Shown here piece by piece: positions 28,216 to 37,692 of a stretch of DNA of 64,000 nucleotides; the first letter of the stretch is position 1, and each line of letters opens with the position of its first letter. The notes under the pieces were generated by a model that ran no database searches, was not told the DNA's origin, and saw only the letters and a list, made by a program, of their open reading frames with translations. Source of the DNA: a candidate division WOR-3 bacterium (GTDB lineage Bacteria > Hydrothermota > Tepidihabitantia > Tepidihabitantales > Tepidihabitantaceae); NCBI GenBank assembly GCA_965649295.1, contig CBFGKH010000004.1:64001-128000 (forward strand). Direction: 5' to 3'. Both the position numbers and the translations under genes were made by a program.

Positions 28216-29711
28216 AACTAACCGGCCGACTCATAAGTCACCCCAGCGCTGCACCAGTGCCAGCCGCAATCACGATTACCAACAGTCGCATCGCGCAAAT
28301 CGAACCCACCACGCTGCCGGCCGGTCCCTATATCCTTGCTGGCCTAATTGACTCTCACACCCATCCGCTCGAAGCCGGGCTTGCCGAACTGTATCCAAGT
28401 CTCACCGCCGTGACTTCCATCACTGAACTGCTCGATGCACTCAGCAGCAGTCTGAACGTCGGCAGAGATGCTGGTACCCTGCTGGCATTCAATCTCGAAC
28501 CTGATAAACTGACCGAAGGCCGCTATCCGACCCGCACCGAAATTGACAAAGTGACTGGCCAACTGCCAGCAATGGTCTATCGTGTTGACGGTCACTCCGC
28601 GGTGCTCAATTCGGCTGCCCTTAGACTTCTGGTTGATATACCTGCCACCGGGCTCGAACTCGGTGCGGACGAAAGGCCAACCGGCGTCATCCGTGGCCCG
28701 GCCTACGAATACGCCTCCCGTTTCTTCAAGCGCCGGCTCTCCCCGACAACGATCCATGCCGCTCTCGAACTGGCTGCCCGGCAAGCAGCCAGCCAGGGAG
28801 TTACCACGATTGGCGCATTTGTTGGTGACGACGACCTGACCGAATCTGCTTGGCAGGTGTTGATTGACGGCCTTAGCCGTCTGAACATCACCGCCATACC
28901 GTATCTTCAGACCTGGAATCTCTCTTGGGCCAGCCGTTTCGGACTGAACCAGCTTGGCGGCTGTCTGCTGATTGACGGCTCATTCGGCTCCCGGACCGCT
29001 GCCCTGGAACAGGACTATGCTGACGCACCTAGCAATCAGGGGCTGCTCTATGTGACCGATGATCGATTGGTTAGTTTCTATCAGGAGGCCGAAACGCTTG
29101 GTATCGCAACCGCTGTCCACGCCATCGGTGACCGAGCCATCGCCCAGGTCTTACGCTGTTTGGCTCGAGCCAGCGCAACCCGCCAGCGCCATCGGATCGA
29201 ACATGCCGAATTGCTGAACGATCAGCTAATCCTGCGCATCGCTGAACTGGCTGTTATCCTCGGCGTCCAACCGGTGTTCGAGCAAACCTGGGGCGGGCCA
29301 AATGGAATGTATGCCCGGCGCCTAGGCAGCCGCTGGCAGAATACCAATCCTTTCCGCGAACTGCTTGAACACGGCGTAACCCTCGCCGGTGGTTCTGACG
29401 CACCGATCACACCCATCAATCCTCTTGCCGGTATCAGAGCAGCGGTCGAGCATCCGAACCCGGTTCAGCGTATCCCACCCGAGCCAGCACTGGCGATGTT
29501 CACAACCGGCGCAGCCTTTGCCCTGCAGCTAGAGAAGCAGATTGGCACGGTCGAGCTGGCCAAGCAGGCTGACCTCACCCTGCTCACTGGCGATCCGCGT
29601 CACGATCACAATTGCGCTGTCATCGCCACAATCCACCAGGGCAGATTCATCTACCAGAATCGGGCGTTGATTGACCAATATGGAATCGCAGGCGAAAAGA
29701 CTGACTCCTAA
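28212..29711 (+). CDS. Amidohydrolase family 3 (YtcJ-like)
   Basis: DSHTH, DGHS, DGSFGSRTAAL, HAIGD, RIEHA, GSDAP. Confidence 0.93.
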   Translation: MKLTGRLISHPSAAPVPAAITITNSRIAQIEPTTLPAGPYILAGLIDSHTHPLEAGLAELYPSLTAVTSITELLDALSSSLNVGRDAGTLLAFNLEPDKLTEGRYPTRTEIDKVTGQLPAMVYRVDGHSAVLNSAALRLLVDIPATGLELGADERPTGVIRGPAYEYASRFFKRRLSPTTIHAALELAARQAASQGVTTIGAFVGDDDLTESAWQVLIDGLSRLNITAIPYLQTWNLSWASRFGLNQLGGCLLIDGSFGSRTAALEQDYADAPSNQGLLYVTDDRLVSFYQEAETLGIATAVHAIGDRAIAQVLRCLARASATRQRHRIEHAELLNDQLILRIAELAVILGVQPVFEQTWGGPNGMYARRLGSRWQNTNPFRELLEHGVTLAGGSDAPITPINPLAGIRAAVEHPNPVQRIPPEPALAMFTTGAAFALQLEKQIGTVELAKQADLTLLTGDPRHDHNCAVIATIHQGRFIYQNRALIDQYGIAGEKTDS

Positions 29712-29720
29712 CCAAGACAT

Positions 29721-31475
29721 ATGGCAACAGAAACCTCCAGACAGAAGAATCAGGAACTGGCCGCCATCTTTGAACGGATTGCCGATGCCCTGACCATCAA
29801 AGGCGAGACCGGCTTTCGCGTGCTGGCCTATCGCAAGGCGAGCCGCGTGCTGAATGAGCTAACCGAGAGTATTGAGGACCTCAACCGCCAGGGACGGCTC
29901 GAACAGGTGCCGGGTCTTGGTGCCGGTCTAATCAAGAAAGCTCGCGAGTTCCTAGCGACCGGCCGGGTCGCCAAATTAGAAGAAGCCACCCGCGGACTGC
30001 CACCCGGTCTGTTCGAAATGCTCAAGATTCAAGGCGTCGGCCCCAAAACTGTCAAGCTCGCATTTGAACAACTCGGCATCACCGATGTTGAAGGCCTGAA
30101 AAAGGCAATTGCCGATGGCCGATTGGCCGGTCTGCCAGGAATGGGAGAGAAACGCTCTGCCAATATCCTGCAGGGCATCCGTTCTGGCGAACATGCTGGC
30201 GAGCGGATGTACTTGGACGAGGCCATCGCCCTCAGCGACAGTCTCCTCGACTATCTGCGCCGTGCGCCCGGAGTCAGCGAACTGGTCTGTGCCGGCTCGC
30301 TGCGCCGGGGTGCCGAGACTGTCGGCGACATTGATATTCTGGCCTGTGGGCGTTCCGGCCCAGCCATCATCAAACACTTTGTTCAGCACCCGGCAATCGA
30401 GCAAGTTCTGAGTGCCGGCGACACCAAGGCATCAGTCCTTGTTCACAGCCGACAGACACTCCGCCAGGTTGACCTGCGGGTCCTGCGCCGTGCCGAATAC
30501 GGTGCTGCCCTCCAATATTTCACCGGGTCCAAGGAACACAATGTCGCACTGAGGACGCTTGCCCAGAAACGCGGGCTCAAGCTTTCTGAATACGGCCTAT
30601 TTCGCAGCGACCGACGCATTGCTGGCCGCACCGAAACCGGTATTTATCGAGCGCTTGGCCTGCAGTACATCGAACCTGAGCTGCGCGAGAACCGTGGCGA
30701 AATCGAGGCCGCCAGCCAGCACCGGCTACCTCGGCTTGTTACCCTCGCTGACATCCGTGGCGACTTGCATATGCACACGGCCATGTCGGACGGCCGTTCA
30801 AGCTTTGCCGAGATGGTGGCTGCGTGCCGGCGCCGTGGCTACCGCTACATGGCTGTCGCCGACCATTCGGTCTCAGCCAACTATGCCGGCGGCCTCTCCG
30901 CCGATGCCCTGGAACGACACTGCGACGCCGTTGACCGACTGAATGAAAAGCTGAGAGGCTTCCGTGTCCTCAAGGCCAACGAAGTTGATATCACGTTGAG
31001 TGGCGAGCTTGACTATCCCGACCGCATTCTGCAACGGCTCGACTACGTCACCGGCTCAATCCACCAGGGCTTTCGTAAGGACGTCACGCGTCGCATCTGC
31101 GCTGCTCTCGCCCATCCGCTGCTGCACGCTGTCTCCCACCCAACCGGCCGCATCATTGGCCAACGTCCAGGCTACGAGGTTGACATCGAACAGGTAATCG
31201 AAACCGCAGCAAGATACGGTAAGCTACTGGAAATCAATGCGTTCTATGCCAGGCTCGACCTTAGCGACATCTGGGCTCGCCGCGCTGCCCAGCAAGGCGT
31301 CCGGCTTGTCATCAACACCGACGCCCATTCTGTTGCCGACCTCGAATGGATGCGCTATGGCGTCTTGACTGCTCGCCGTGCGTGGCTCACCAGCGACGAT
31401 ATCGCCAATACCCGGCCACTTACCGGTCTGCTACGACTCTTACGGCAAATCCGCGAGGGAAAGAAATCCGACTAG
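29721..31475 (+). CDS. polX: DNA polymerase X / PHP 3'-5' exonuclease
   Basis: GSLRRG.ETVGDIDIL, DLR, YFTGSK.HN; PHP motifs DLHMHT, DHS, HP, NTDAH appear intact. Confidence 0.97.
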   Translation: MATETSRQKNQELAAIFERIADALTIKGETGFRVLAYRKASRVLNELTESIEDLNRQGRLEQVPGLGAGLIKKAREFLATGRVAKLEEATRGLPPGLFEMLKIQGVGPKTVKLAFEQLGITDVEGLKKAIADGRLAGLPGMGEKRSANILQGIRSGEHAGERMYLDEAIALSDSLLDYLRRAPGVSELVCAGSLRRGAETVGDIDILACGRSGPAIIKHFVQHPAIEQVLSAGDTKASVLVHSRQTLRQVDLRVLRRAEYGAALQYFTGSKEHNVALRTLAQKRGLKLSEYGLFRSDRRIAGRTETGIYRALGLQYIEPELRENRGEIEAASQHRLPRLVTLADIRGDLHMHTAMSDGRSSFAEMVAACRRRGYRYMAVADHSVSANYAGGLSADALERHCDAVDRLNEKLRGFRVLKANEVDITLSGELDYPDRILQRLDYVTGSIHQGFRKDVTRRICAALAHPLLHAVSHPTGRIIGQRPGYEVDIEQVIETAARYGKLLEINAFYARLDLSDIWARRAAQQGVRLVINTDAHSVADLEWMRYGVLTARRAWLTSDDIANTRPLTGLLRLLRQIREGKKSD

Positions 31476-32137
31476 CGGGACTTAGTCTTATCCCGCAGCC
31501 AGCGACAGGCAGTCAGTAGCTCCCGCGCCGAGCCCGGGGCGTGCTCGCCTGGAGTCAGAACCAGCTTCGTCACCAGCCCTTTGCTGTTGAATAGCTGCTG
31601 CATCTGCTCGTTCTGCACCCGATTCCAATCCTTCTGACGCGAGACCAGATAGACATAGCGGTTGCCCAACCTCTCCCAGTCTGCCAGCGGCACCGCTCCG
31701 GCATGGGCACAAGTCGCAACCACACCCCGAATCAGCTCTGGCCAGCAGAACAAGGCGGCCAGCGCTTGCACACCCTGGCCGGAAAAACCAAACACGAAAA
31801 CCCGTGTCGTATCAATTGGCAGGCTGCGCAGCTTCCCGAGCGTCTTCCTGATACTCTGATTGTTCAGCTCGCCGGAACGGTGGTTCCTGGTGGCGTGACA
31901 GGTGGCCAATACCCAGCCCAGCGAGTCAGCAACAATCCGACAGGTGTCAACATCAGTCGCGGTCGCACCGGTACAGGAAAGAATCAGCAACGCCGGTGCT
32001 CGCCGCTTTGGGCCAAGCCCAGGCGGCACATACCAGCAATCAGAGTCGGCATCGCAGACGATCGCCTCGCCCAGGCTGACGCCGTGGACAGCACCGGCCA
32101 GCACAATCAGCAGTAAGAACCTACCGACTCTCACCAT
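31472..32137 (-). CDS. Secreted alpha/beta-hydrolase-like protein
   Basis: Signal-like N-terminus, RVFVFGFSGQG nucleophile elbow, downstream Asp and GEH; overlaps lptG stop. Confidence 0.65.
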   Translation of the reverse strand: MVRVGRFLLLIVLAGAVHGVSLGEAIVCDADSDCWYVPPGLGPKRRAPALLILSCTGATATDVDTCRIVADSLGWVLATCHATRNHRSGELNNQSIRKTLGKLRSLPIDTTRVFVFGFSGQGVQALAALFCWPELIRGVVATCAHAGAVPLADWERLGNRYVYLVSRQKDWNRVQNEQMQQLFNSKGLVTKLVLTPGEHAPGSARELLTACRWLRDKTKSR

Positions 32138-33203
32138 TGGCAATCAGAATCACGGCTATCGTCCCAAAGAGGATATTCGGCAGCCAAGCAGCCAAAGCTG
32201 GGCTCAGCACGTGCGAGGTCCCATAGGCCCGGCTGGTCTGAATCGCTCCCCAGTAGAGAAACGAAAGCAGCAGCCCGAGCCCCAGTCCAAACATGATCCC
32301 GCCGCGCTGTATCCGCACCGAAACCGGCAGTCCCAGCATCACCACAATCAGTCCAATCAGAGCATAGGAAAACCGATAGTGATACTCAACCTCTTGCTTG
32401 GCCACATTCTCACCGGCCCGTTTCATCCGACGGATGTACGCGGCCAGCTCTGCTGTCGGCGTCTCCTCCACCGGCCGCGCCACAGCCGCAAATGCCTCGG
32501 GTCGGTCGAGAATATCAGTAAGCCGGAGCGTGTCGTATTCGACAACGGTGTCCTGGCCGTCGGCTGCGAACCGACGCTCCACTACCTTCGTTCCCAGCCA
32601 GACCGTATCCTGCCAGACTGCCTCTGCCACATCAAACCGCCGCACCACCTTGCGATCCGGCCCCAGCAGACTGACGCTGAAATCGCGCATCACCCCATCC
32701 GGACGCAGCTCCCGGATGTAATAGACCCGGCCGCCTTCGCCGACAAAATAGACATTCGTCTTAGCCATTGCTGTCCGCTGTGGTCGGCGTTCGATGCGAG
32801 TACGCCGCAGGTCCGAAAGCCGAGCATTGGCCGGAATCGTGACCAGTTCATTCGCCGCTAGATAGAGCAGAGCCGAGGCTAGTCCCAGCACCACCGCTGG
32901 CGCAAACAGCCGGCCAACCGGCACGCCGGCACTCTGCAGCGCATGCAACTCCCGATAACGAGTCATTTGACCATAGACCACAAAAACCGCCAGCACCATG
33001 CTCACCGGATAGAGCAAGGCCACTGCTGACGGCGTGCTGTAGAGATAGTATAGCAGCAGTATCGGCAAGGTTACCTTGCGACTGGTGAAGTAGTTCAGTT
33101 CCTCGAACAGGTCAATCAGCAGATAGAGAACTACCACGCTTGCACAAGCCAGCAGCGTGAAGCGAATCAGCTCGCGAACCAGCAAACGGTCAAGAATCTT
33201 CAA
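32121..33203 (-). CDS. lptG: LPS export ABC transporter permease LptG (LptF/G family)
   Basis: MKILDR.L.RE, EL.ALQSAG, AAWLPN; 3+3 TM helices around a periplasmic domain. Confidence 0.9.
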   Translation of the reverse strand: MKILDRLLVRELIRFTLLACASVVVLYLLIDLFEELNYFTSRKVTLPILLLYYLYSTPSAVALLYPVSMVLAVFVVYGQMTRYRELHALQSAGVPVGRLFAPAVVLGLASALLYLAANELVTIPANARLSDLRRTRIERRPQRTAMAKTNVYFVGEGGRVYYIRELRPDGVMRDFSVSLLGPDRKVVRRFDVAEAVWQDTVWLGTKVVERRFAADGQDTVVEYDTLRLTDILDRPEAFAAVARPVEETPTAELAAYIRRMKRAGENVAKQEVEYHYRFSYALIGLIVVMLGLPVSVRIQRGGIMFGLGLGLLLSFLYWGAIQTSRAYGTSHVLSPALAAWLPNILFGTIAVILIANGESR

Positions 33204-34432
33204 TGCCGCCTCAAGACCAGCAGCGGTCGCTCGAAAAACGCTCGGCTGGAAAGCTCAATCACCGGCAGAACCAGTATCAGGTTGGGAAGCCACATGCCCA
33301 GAAAAGGGCTGATTCGGCCGGCATCGGCAAAGTTCTGCCCGGCCAGCAGCAACACATAGTAGAGCGCGAAAAACGCCAATCCGACAATGAACCCGGTGCC
33401 GACACCACCGCGCCGCAACAGCAGCCCCACCGGCACCCCAAACAAGGCAAAAAAGAACGCCGAAAACGCAATCGAGGCCCGCTTCTGAACCTCAACCTCA
33501 AACCGGGCCTGCTCCAGTTGCCGATAGCGCAGCCGCGTTGCCATCTCCTCCAGCCGCATCTTCTCTGCCTCGTTCGGCTCAGCCGTCTTGCGCGCTTCCC
33601 GCAACTGCCGAGCCAGACTGTCAACCTGCACCCCGATGCGCCGCACCTCACCCAATAGCTGCGGCATTCGCATCTCCTCATCCGAGCGATACTCGCGGTC
33701 GCGTCGCACCAACTCATCGTCCATCGGGATATTAATAGTGTGCCGACGAAATCCCAGTCGCCGATAACTACCTGCCTCGGTTGCCTCGTGGATCTCCCCG
33801 TTCTCCAGCGAAAGCACCATATAGCGGCCGTCTGCCGTGTAGCTAATCTGACCGGTCGGCGCCGTGACAAAACCGGGCACACCCTTTGCCCGCCGGTTCT
33901 CGAAGATTGCCACGTTACGGATGCTCGAACGCCGCTCCTCGATTGTGCCGATGTAGATGCTGTATCCAGGAAAGTCGTCCATGAACACACCTTCGCGCAC
34001 GCGCAGGGCTGGCCGCTTTCGGGCAACATCGGTCATCAGGTTCCGCACCCGGTGCTGCGCCTCAGGCACCACCCAGCCATTGAACCAAGCCATCCCCACC
34101 ATCAGCACCAAAGTCAGCACCGCCACCGGCAAGAACAACCGCAGCACATGGATACCCGCTGCCCGCACAACCCGAATCTCATTGTCCTGGGCCATTCGGC
34201 CAAACGACACCACTCCGGCAATCAGGCTGCCCAGCGGTGTGCAGATACTCGCCACAAACGGCAAGGACAGCACCATCACTTCCGCCACGATCCGCACCGC
34301 CACACCCTTCCGCACCAAAAGGTCGGCAAGCAAAAACAGCCGGTCCATCAGCAACACAAACACTAGCACCACGATTGCCAGTAGAAACGGCGGGATGAAC
34401 TGACGCAGGGCGTACCGTTGGAGAATCTTCAA
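33200..34432 (-). CDS. lptF: LPS export ABC transporter permease LptF (LptF/G family)
   Basis: KILQRY, GRM..DNE, G.PVG, WLPN; start probably TTG 34432 (the listed TTG 34468 is the -35 box). Confidence 0.9.
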   Translation of the reverse strand: MKILQRYALRQFIPPFLLAIVVLVFVLLMDRLFLLADLLVRKGVAVRIVAEVMVLSLPFVASICTPLGSLIAGVVSFGRMAQDNEIRVVRAAGIHVLRLFLPVAVLTLVLMVGMAWFNGWVVPEAQHRVRNLMTDVARKRPALRVREGVFMDDFPGYSIYIGTIEERRSSIRNVAIFENRRAKGVPGFVTAPTGQISYTADGRYMVLSLENGEIHEATEAGSYRRLGFRRHTINIPMDDELVRRDREYRSDEEMRMPQLLGEVRRIGVQVDSLARQLREARKTAEPNEAEKMRLEEMATRLRYRQLEQARFEVEVQKRASIAFSAFFFALFGVPVGLLLRRGGVGTGFIVGLAFFALYYVLLLAGQNFADAGRISPFLGMWLPNLILVLPVIELSSRAFFERPLLVLRRH

Positions 34433-35253
34433 GGACAAGATTCTAGTCCCGCCACCATTGCCCGTCAAACAGGCTGACAGAGACCCATGACCAAACCCCA
34501 GTCAGAGCAGCTACCCAAAGAGCTCTGCCGGTTCTCCTCCAAACCATCAGAGAAAACATCTGACCAGCCCAGACGCATTAACTCTCGCCCGTGCCCCCTT
34601 GAGCTAAAAGGTAACTAGCCCAAGACATGCTTCCGAAAGCAGTCACCCAAGCCTTCTCAACCGTAGCCTGGGATTAAGTTCCGACAAAGGCCCGAACCGT
34701 GGTCATCCAAGCGCTTCCCCCAACCACCCCGGGAACCATTCCCCCCACGGGGTCAGGGAAAACGGCCTCCGCCCCTAACTGCTATTAAGGCCTGAACTTG
34801 CATCAATATTCGCCCTCGGCGGCTTGTATACTTCAAAGTACACACACGGTCACGACGTTCAACCGTTACTGGCCGTCTTGCTCCGACTTGCCGTACCAAA
34901 CTGGGCACCGAAACGCATAACCTGATGAGACACAGCACCAACCTCGGCCCCAGTTCTCCTCGCTCGCTCCTGTCGGCTGACTTGTCATACCGACCGAACA
35001 CGTCCCCGTGCGAGTGAAGGGATCTCCGCACTTCTGCCTTTTAACTTTGGCTTCTGACTCTTGGCTTCGCCGGGCTGATCGTGAATGCAGGCCAGTACGT
35101 AGATGGATGGCTTACTAGGCACTGAACAATGTCAGAACCTGTTGCGAACACTACAGCCCGTTCGCTAGCACTATCCCAGCTACACTTTCTCGCTACGCCA
35201 GCCCCCTTCCTTGACTTCTCCCCCTGATAGCGTAACATTTGTCACAACCTGTA

Positions 35254-37689
35254 ATGGATTCACGCTACAACGAGGTTCTACCCCTCGTAACCAAGCCGAT
35301 CCGCTACACCGGCGGCGAGTACAACACCTACCTGCGCGAACCTGAATCCGGCCGCACGAGCTGGATTCTGGCCATGCCCGAAGTCTATGAAATCGGGATG
35401 TCCAACTACGGTTTGCGTATCCTCTATTCGATTCTCAACCGCAGCGACAATGCCCTCTGCGAGCGCTGCTATGTGCCGTGGCCGGACTACGGCTCAGCAC
35501 TGCGCGAGCATCGGCTGCCGCTGTATGCACTTGAATCCGGCCGGCCACTGACTGAGTTCGACATTATCGGCGTCTCGCTCCAGAGTGAACTTGGCTGCAC
35601 CAACCTGCTCTATCTGCTCGACCTGGCTGGCATCCCTCTGCACCGCACCGAACGGGCCGAGAAACACCCGTTGGTGGTTGCCGGCGGGCCGTGCGCGGTC
35701 AATCCGCTGCCTTTGTCCCTCTTTATTGATGCGTTTGTAATTGGCGACGGCGAGGAGCCGGTACGTGAAATCAGTGCCGTGCGCCAGGAATGGAACGGTC
35801 GGGACCGCTCCGAACTGCTCTCACGCCTTGCCCGCATCGAGGGAATCTACGTCCCTGGCTACACGCCGAAAGGGGCGATTGTCCGTCGCCGGTTGGTCTC
35901 CGAGCTGCGAGAGGAGGATGCGCCGTTCCCACCGATTGTGCCAATCTGCGAGATTACCCACGACCGCCTGACTATCGAGATTGCCCGCGGCTGCACCCGT
36001 GGTTGCCGATTCTGCCAGGCGGGAATGCTCAATCGGCCGGTGCGAATCCGCCCCATCGAGCAGGTTGTTCGGCTGGCAGAACGGGGCATCAGGGCCAGCG
36101 GCTGGGACGAGGTCTCGCTACTCTCGCTCTCAGCGCTGGACTATCCCGACCTGCTCGGGCTGGTGCGCCAGCTCAACTCCCGTCTCAGAGACCGGCGGGT
36201 GGCAATCTCACTGCCCTCAACTCGGGGCGAGGACTTCTCGCCGGAGTTGGCCCTGGACCTGCAAGAGGTAAAGAAGACCGGCCTGACCTTTGCTCCGGAG
36301 ACCGCTTCTGAGCGGCTGCGCGGGTTCGTCAATAAGCACATCGCCGAGGTGCGTATCCTCGAATCGGTACGCAATGCCATTGACGCCGGCTGGAACGGAG
36401 TGAAGCTCTATTTCATGGTCGGTCTGCCCGGCGAGACCGACGCTGACATCAGCGAGATGGTCCGGTTTGTGGGCGATGTTGCCAAGCTCTGCCGCAGCCG
36501 AACGGTTCGGTTCAATCTCAGTCCGTTTGTTCCCAAGCCCCACACACCACTGCAGTGGGCTGCTTTTGCCGACCTTGGTGAGACTCAGGCCAAGATTGAC
36601 CGGCTCAAGTCAAGCATCAACCGCCGCAATGTCAAGCCGACTTGGGAGAATCCGCAGTGCTCCTATGTGCAGGCGCTCTTGGCACGCGGCGATGAGCGGC
36701 TCGGCCCGGTTGTGGAACGTGTCTACGAGAAAGGCGGTGTTTTCCAGGAATGGACTGAGTACTTCCGGTTCAGCTATTGGCAGGAAGCCCTGGCTGAATT
36801 GGGCGTTGACCCGCAACCCTATCTGGCTGAGCGCCGGCCCGAGGAGTCGTTGCCGTGGGAGTTCATTGACGTCGGTGTCAGCCGCCAGTTCCTGCGTTCG
36901 GAGTACGAGAAGGCAAAGGCCGGTCAGGCTACACCTGACTGTGCGCTTGCCGGCTGCACCAACTGTGGTGCCTGCCCTGATGGCAGAAGGCCTGAGCGGA
37001 AAGCCGCCGGCACTTCTGAAGCGACGCCTGACCTGACCGCTGCCTATGGCCGTCGGCCGCGACCGGTCCAGAGCTATGCCGAAATCAGAACCCGGTTCCG
37101 CCTGCGCTACGCGGTAGATGAGCCTTACCGGTTTGCTGCTCATCTCGACCGAGTGCGGGCCTTCTACCGAGCATTGCGCCGGAGCGAGCTGCCGGTTGCC
37201 TATACCAAGGGGTTTGCGCCAAAGCCGATGCTCTCATTCGGCCCGCCCCTGCCGGTAGGACTGACCTCAACCGGCGAATACCTTGATATCTACACTGCCT
37301 ACCACTACACCGGCAACATCGTCCGCGACCTCGGCCCGTTCCTGCCCCGAGGACTGCGGATTATTGCCGGCCAGGCAATCAGCCGCGAGGCACCGACGCT
37401 TGGCGCCACGGTCAACCTCGCTCGCTACGACATCAAACTGCCCCCTCCGACTGTCGAGTTCGCCAAACTCCGGGAGCGGGCGCGGCAGATTTGCGGCATT
37501 CGTGAGCTACTGCCCGGCACTGATGGATCGCTCGTTCTCGACCTCGTAATCGAGCCTGGCATCCGCCTGCTCACCGTGCTCGCTGAGCTGCTCAAGATTA
37601 GCGATACCCAAGCCCGGTGTCTGGTCATCCAGCGCCGGGAGTGTCTGACGGTCGAAAACGGCCGCATCCGGACACCGCTGGAGGATTGA
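35254..37689 (+). CDS. TIGR03960-type radical SAM protein fused to TIGR03936/DUF2344 domain
   Basis: KP.RY.GGE.N, YEIGMSN.G, RGCTRGCRFCQAG, FAPETAS, FVPKPHTP.QW, C..CG.C linker, AYTKGF.PKP..SFG..LPVG..S.GEY. Confidence 0.93.
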   Translation: MDSRYNEVLPLVTKPIRYTGGEYNTYLREPESGRTSWILAMPEVYEIGMSNYGLRILYSILNRSDNALCERCYVPWPDYGSALREHRLPLYALESGRPLTEFDIIGVSLQSELGCTNLLYLLDLAGIPLHRTERAEKHPLVVAGGPCAVNPLPLSLFIDAFVIGDGEEPVREISAVRQEWNGRDRSELLSRLARIEGIYVPGYTPKGAIVRRRLVSELREEDAPFPPIVPICEITHDRLTIEIARGCTRGCRFCQAGMLNRPVRIRPIEQVVRLAERGIRASGWDEVSLLSLSALDYPDLLGLVRQLNSRLRDRRVAISLPSTRGEDFSPELALDLQEVKKTGLTFAPETASERLRGFVNKHIAEVRILESVRNAIDAGWNGVKLYFMVGLPGETDADISEMVRFVGDVAKLCRSRTVRFNLSPFVPKPHTPLQWAAFADLGETQAKIDRLKSSINRRNVKPTWENPQCSYVQALLARGDERLGPVVERVYEKGGVFQEWTEYFRFSYWQEALAELGVDPQPYLAERRPEESLPWEFIDVGVSRQFLRSEYEKAKAGQATPDCALAGCTNCGACPDGRRPERKAAGTSEATPDLTAAYGRRPRPVQSYAEIRTRFRLRYAVDEPYRFAAHLDRVRAFYRALRRSELPVAYTKGFAPKPMLSFGPPLPVGLTSTGEYLDIYTAYHYTGNIVRDLGPFLPRGLRIIAGQAISREAPTLGATVNLARYDIKLPPPTVEFAKLRERARQICGIRELLPGTDGSLVLDLVIEPGIRLLTVLAELLKISDTQARCLVIQRRECLTVENGRIRTPLED

Positions 37690-37692
37690 TTG

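Noticed and set aside
31902..32861. 319-aa plus-strand ORF and similar long antisense ORFs
   Set aside because: Shadow frames opposite well-supported genes, with no motifs.
34905..34935. GAAAC...CTGATGAG resembling a hammerhead ribozyme core
   Set aside because: Only 8 nt separate the core motifs, too few for stems I and III, and there is no stem II pairing.
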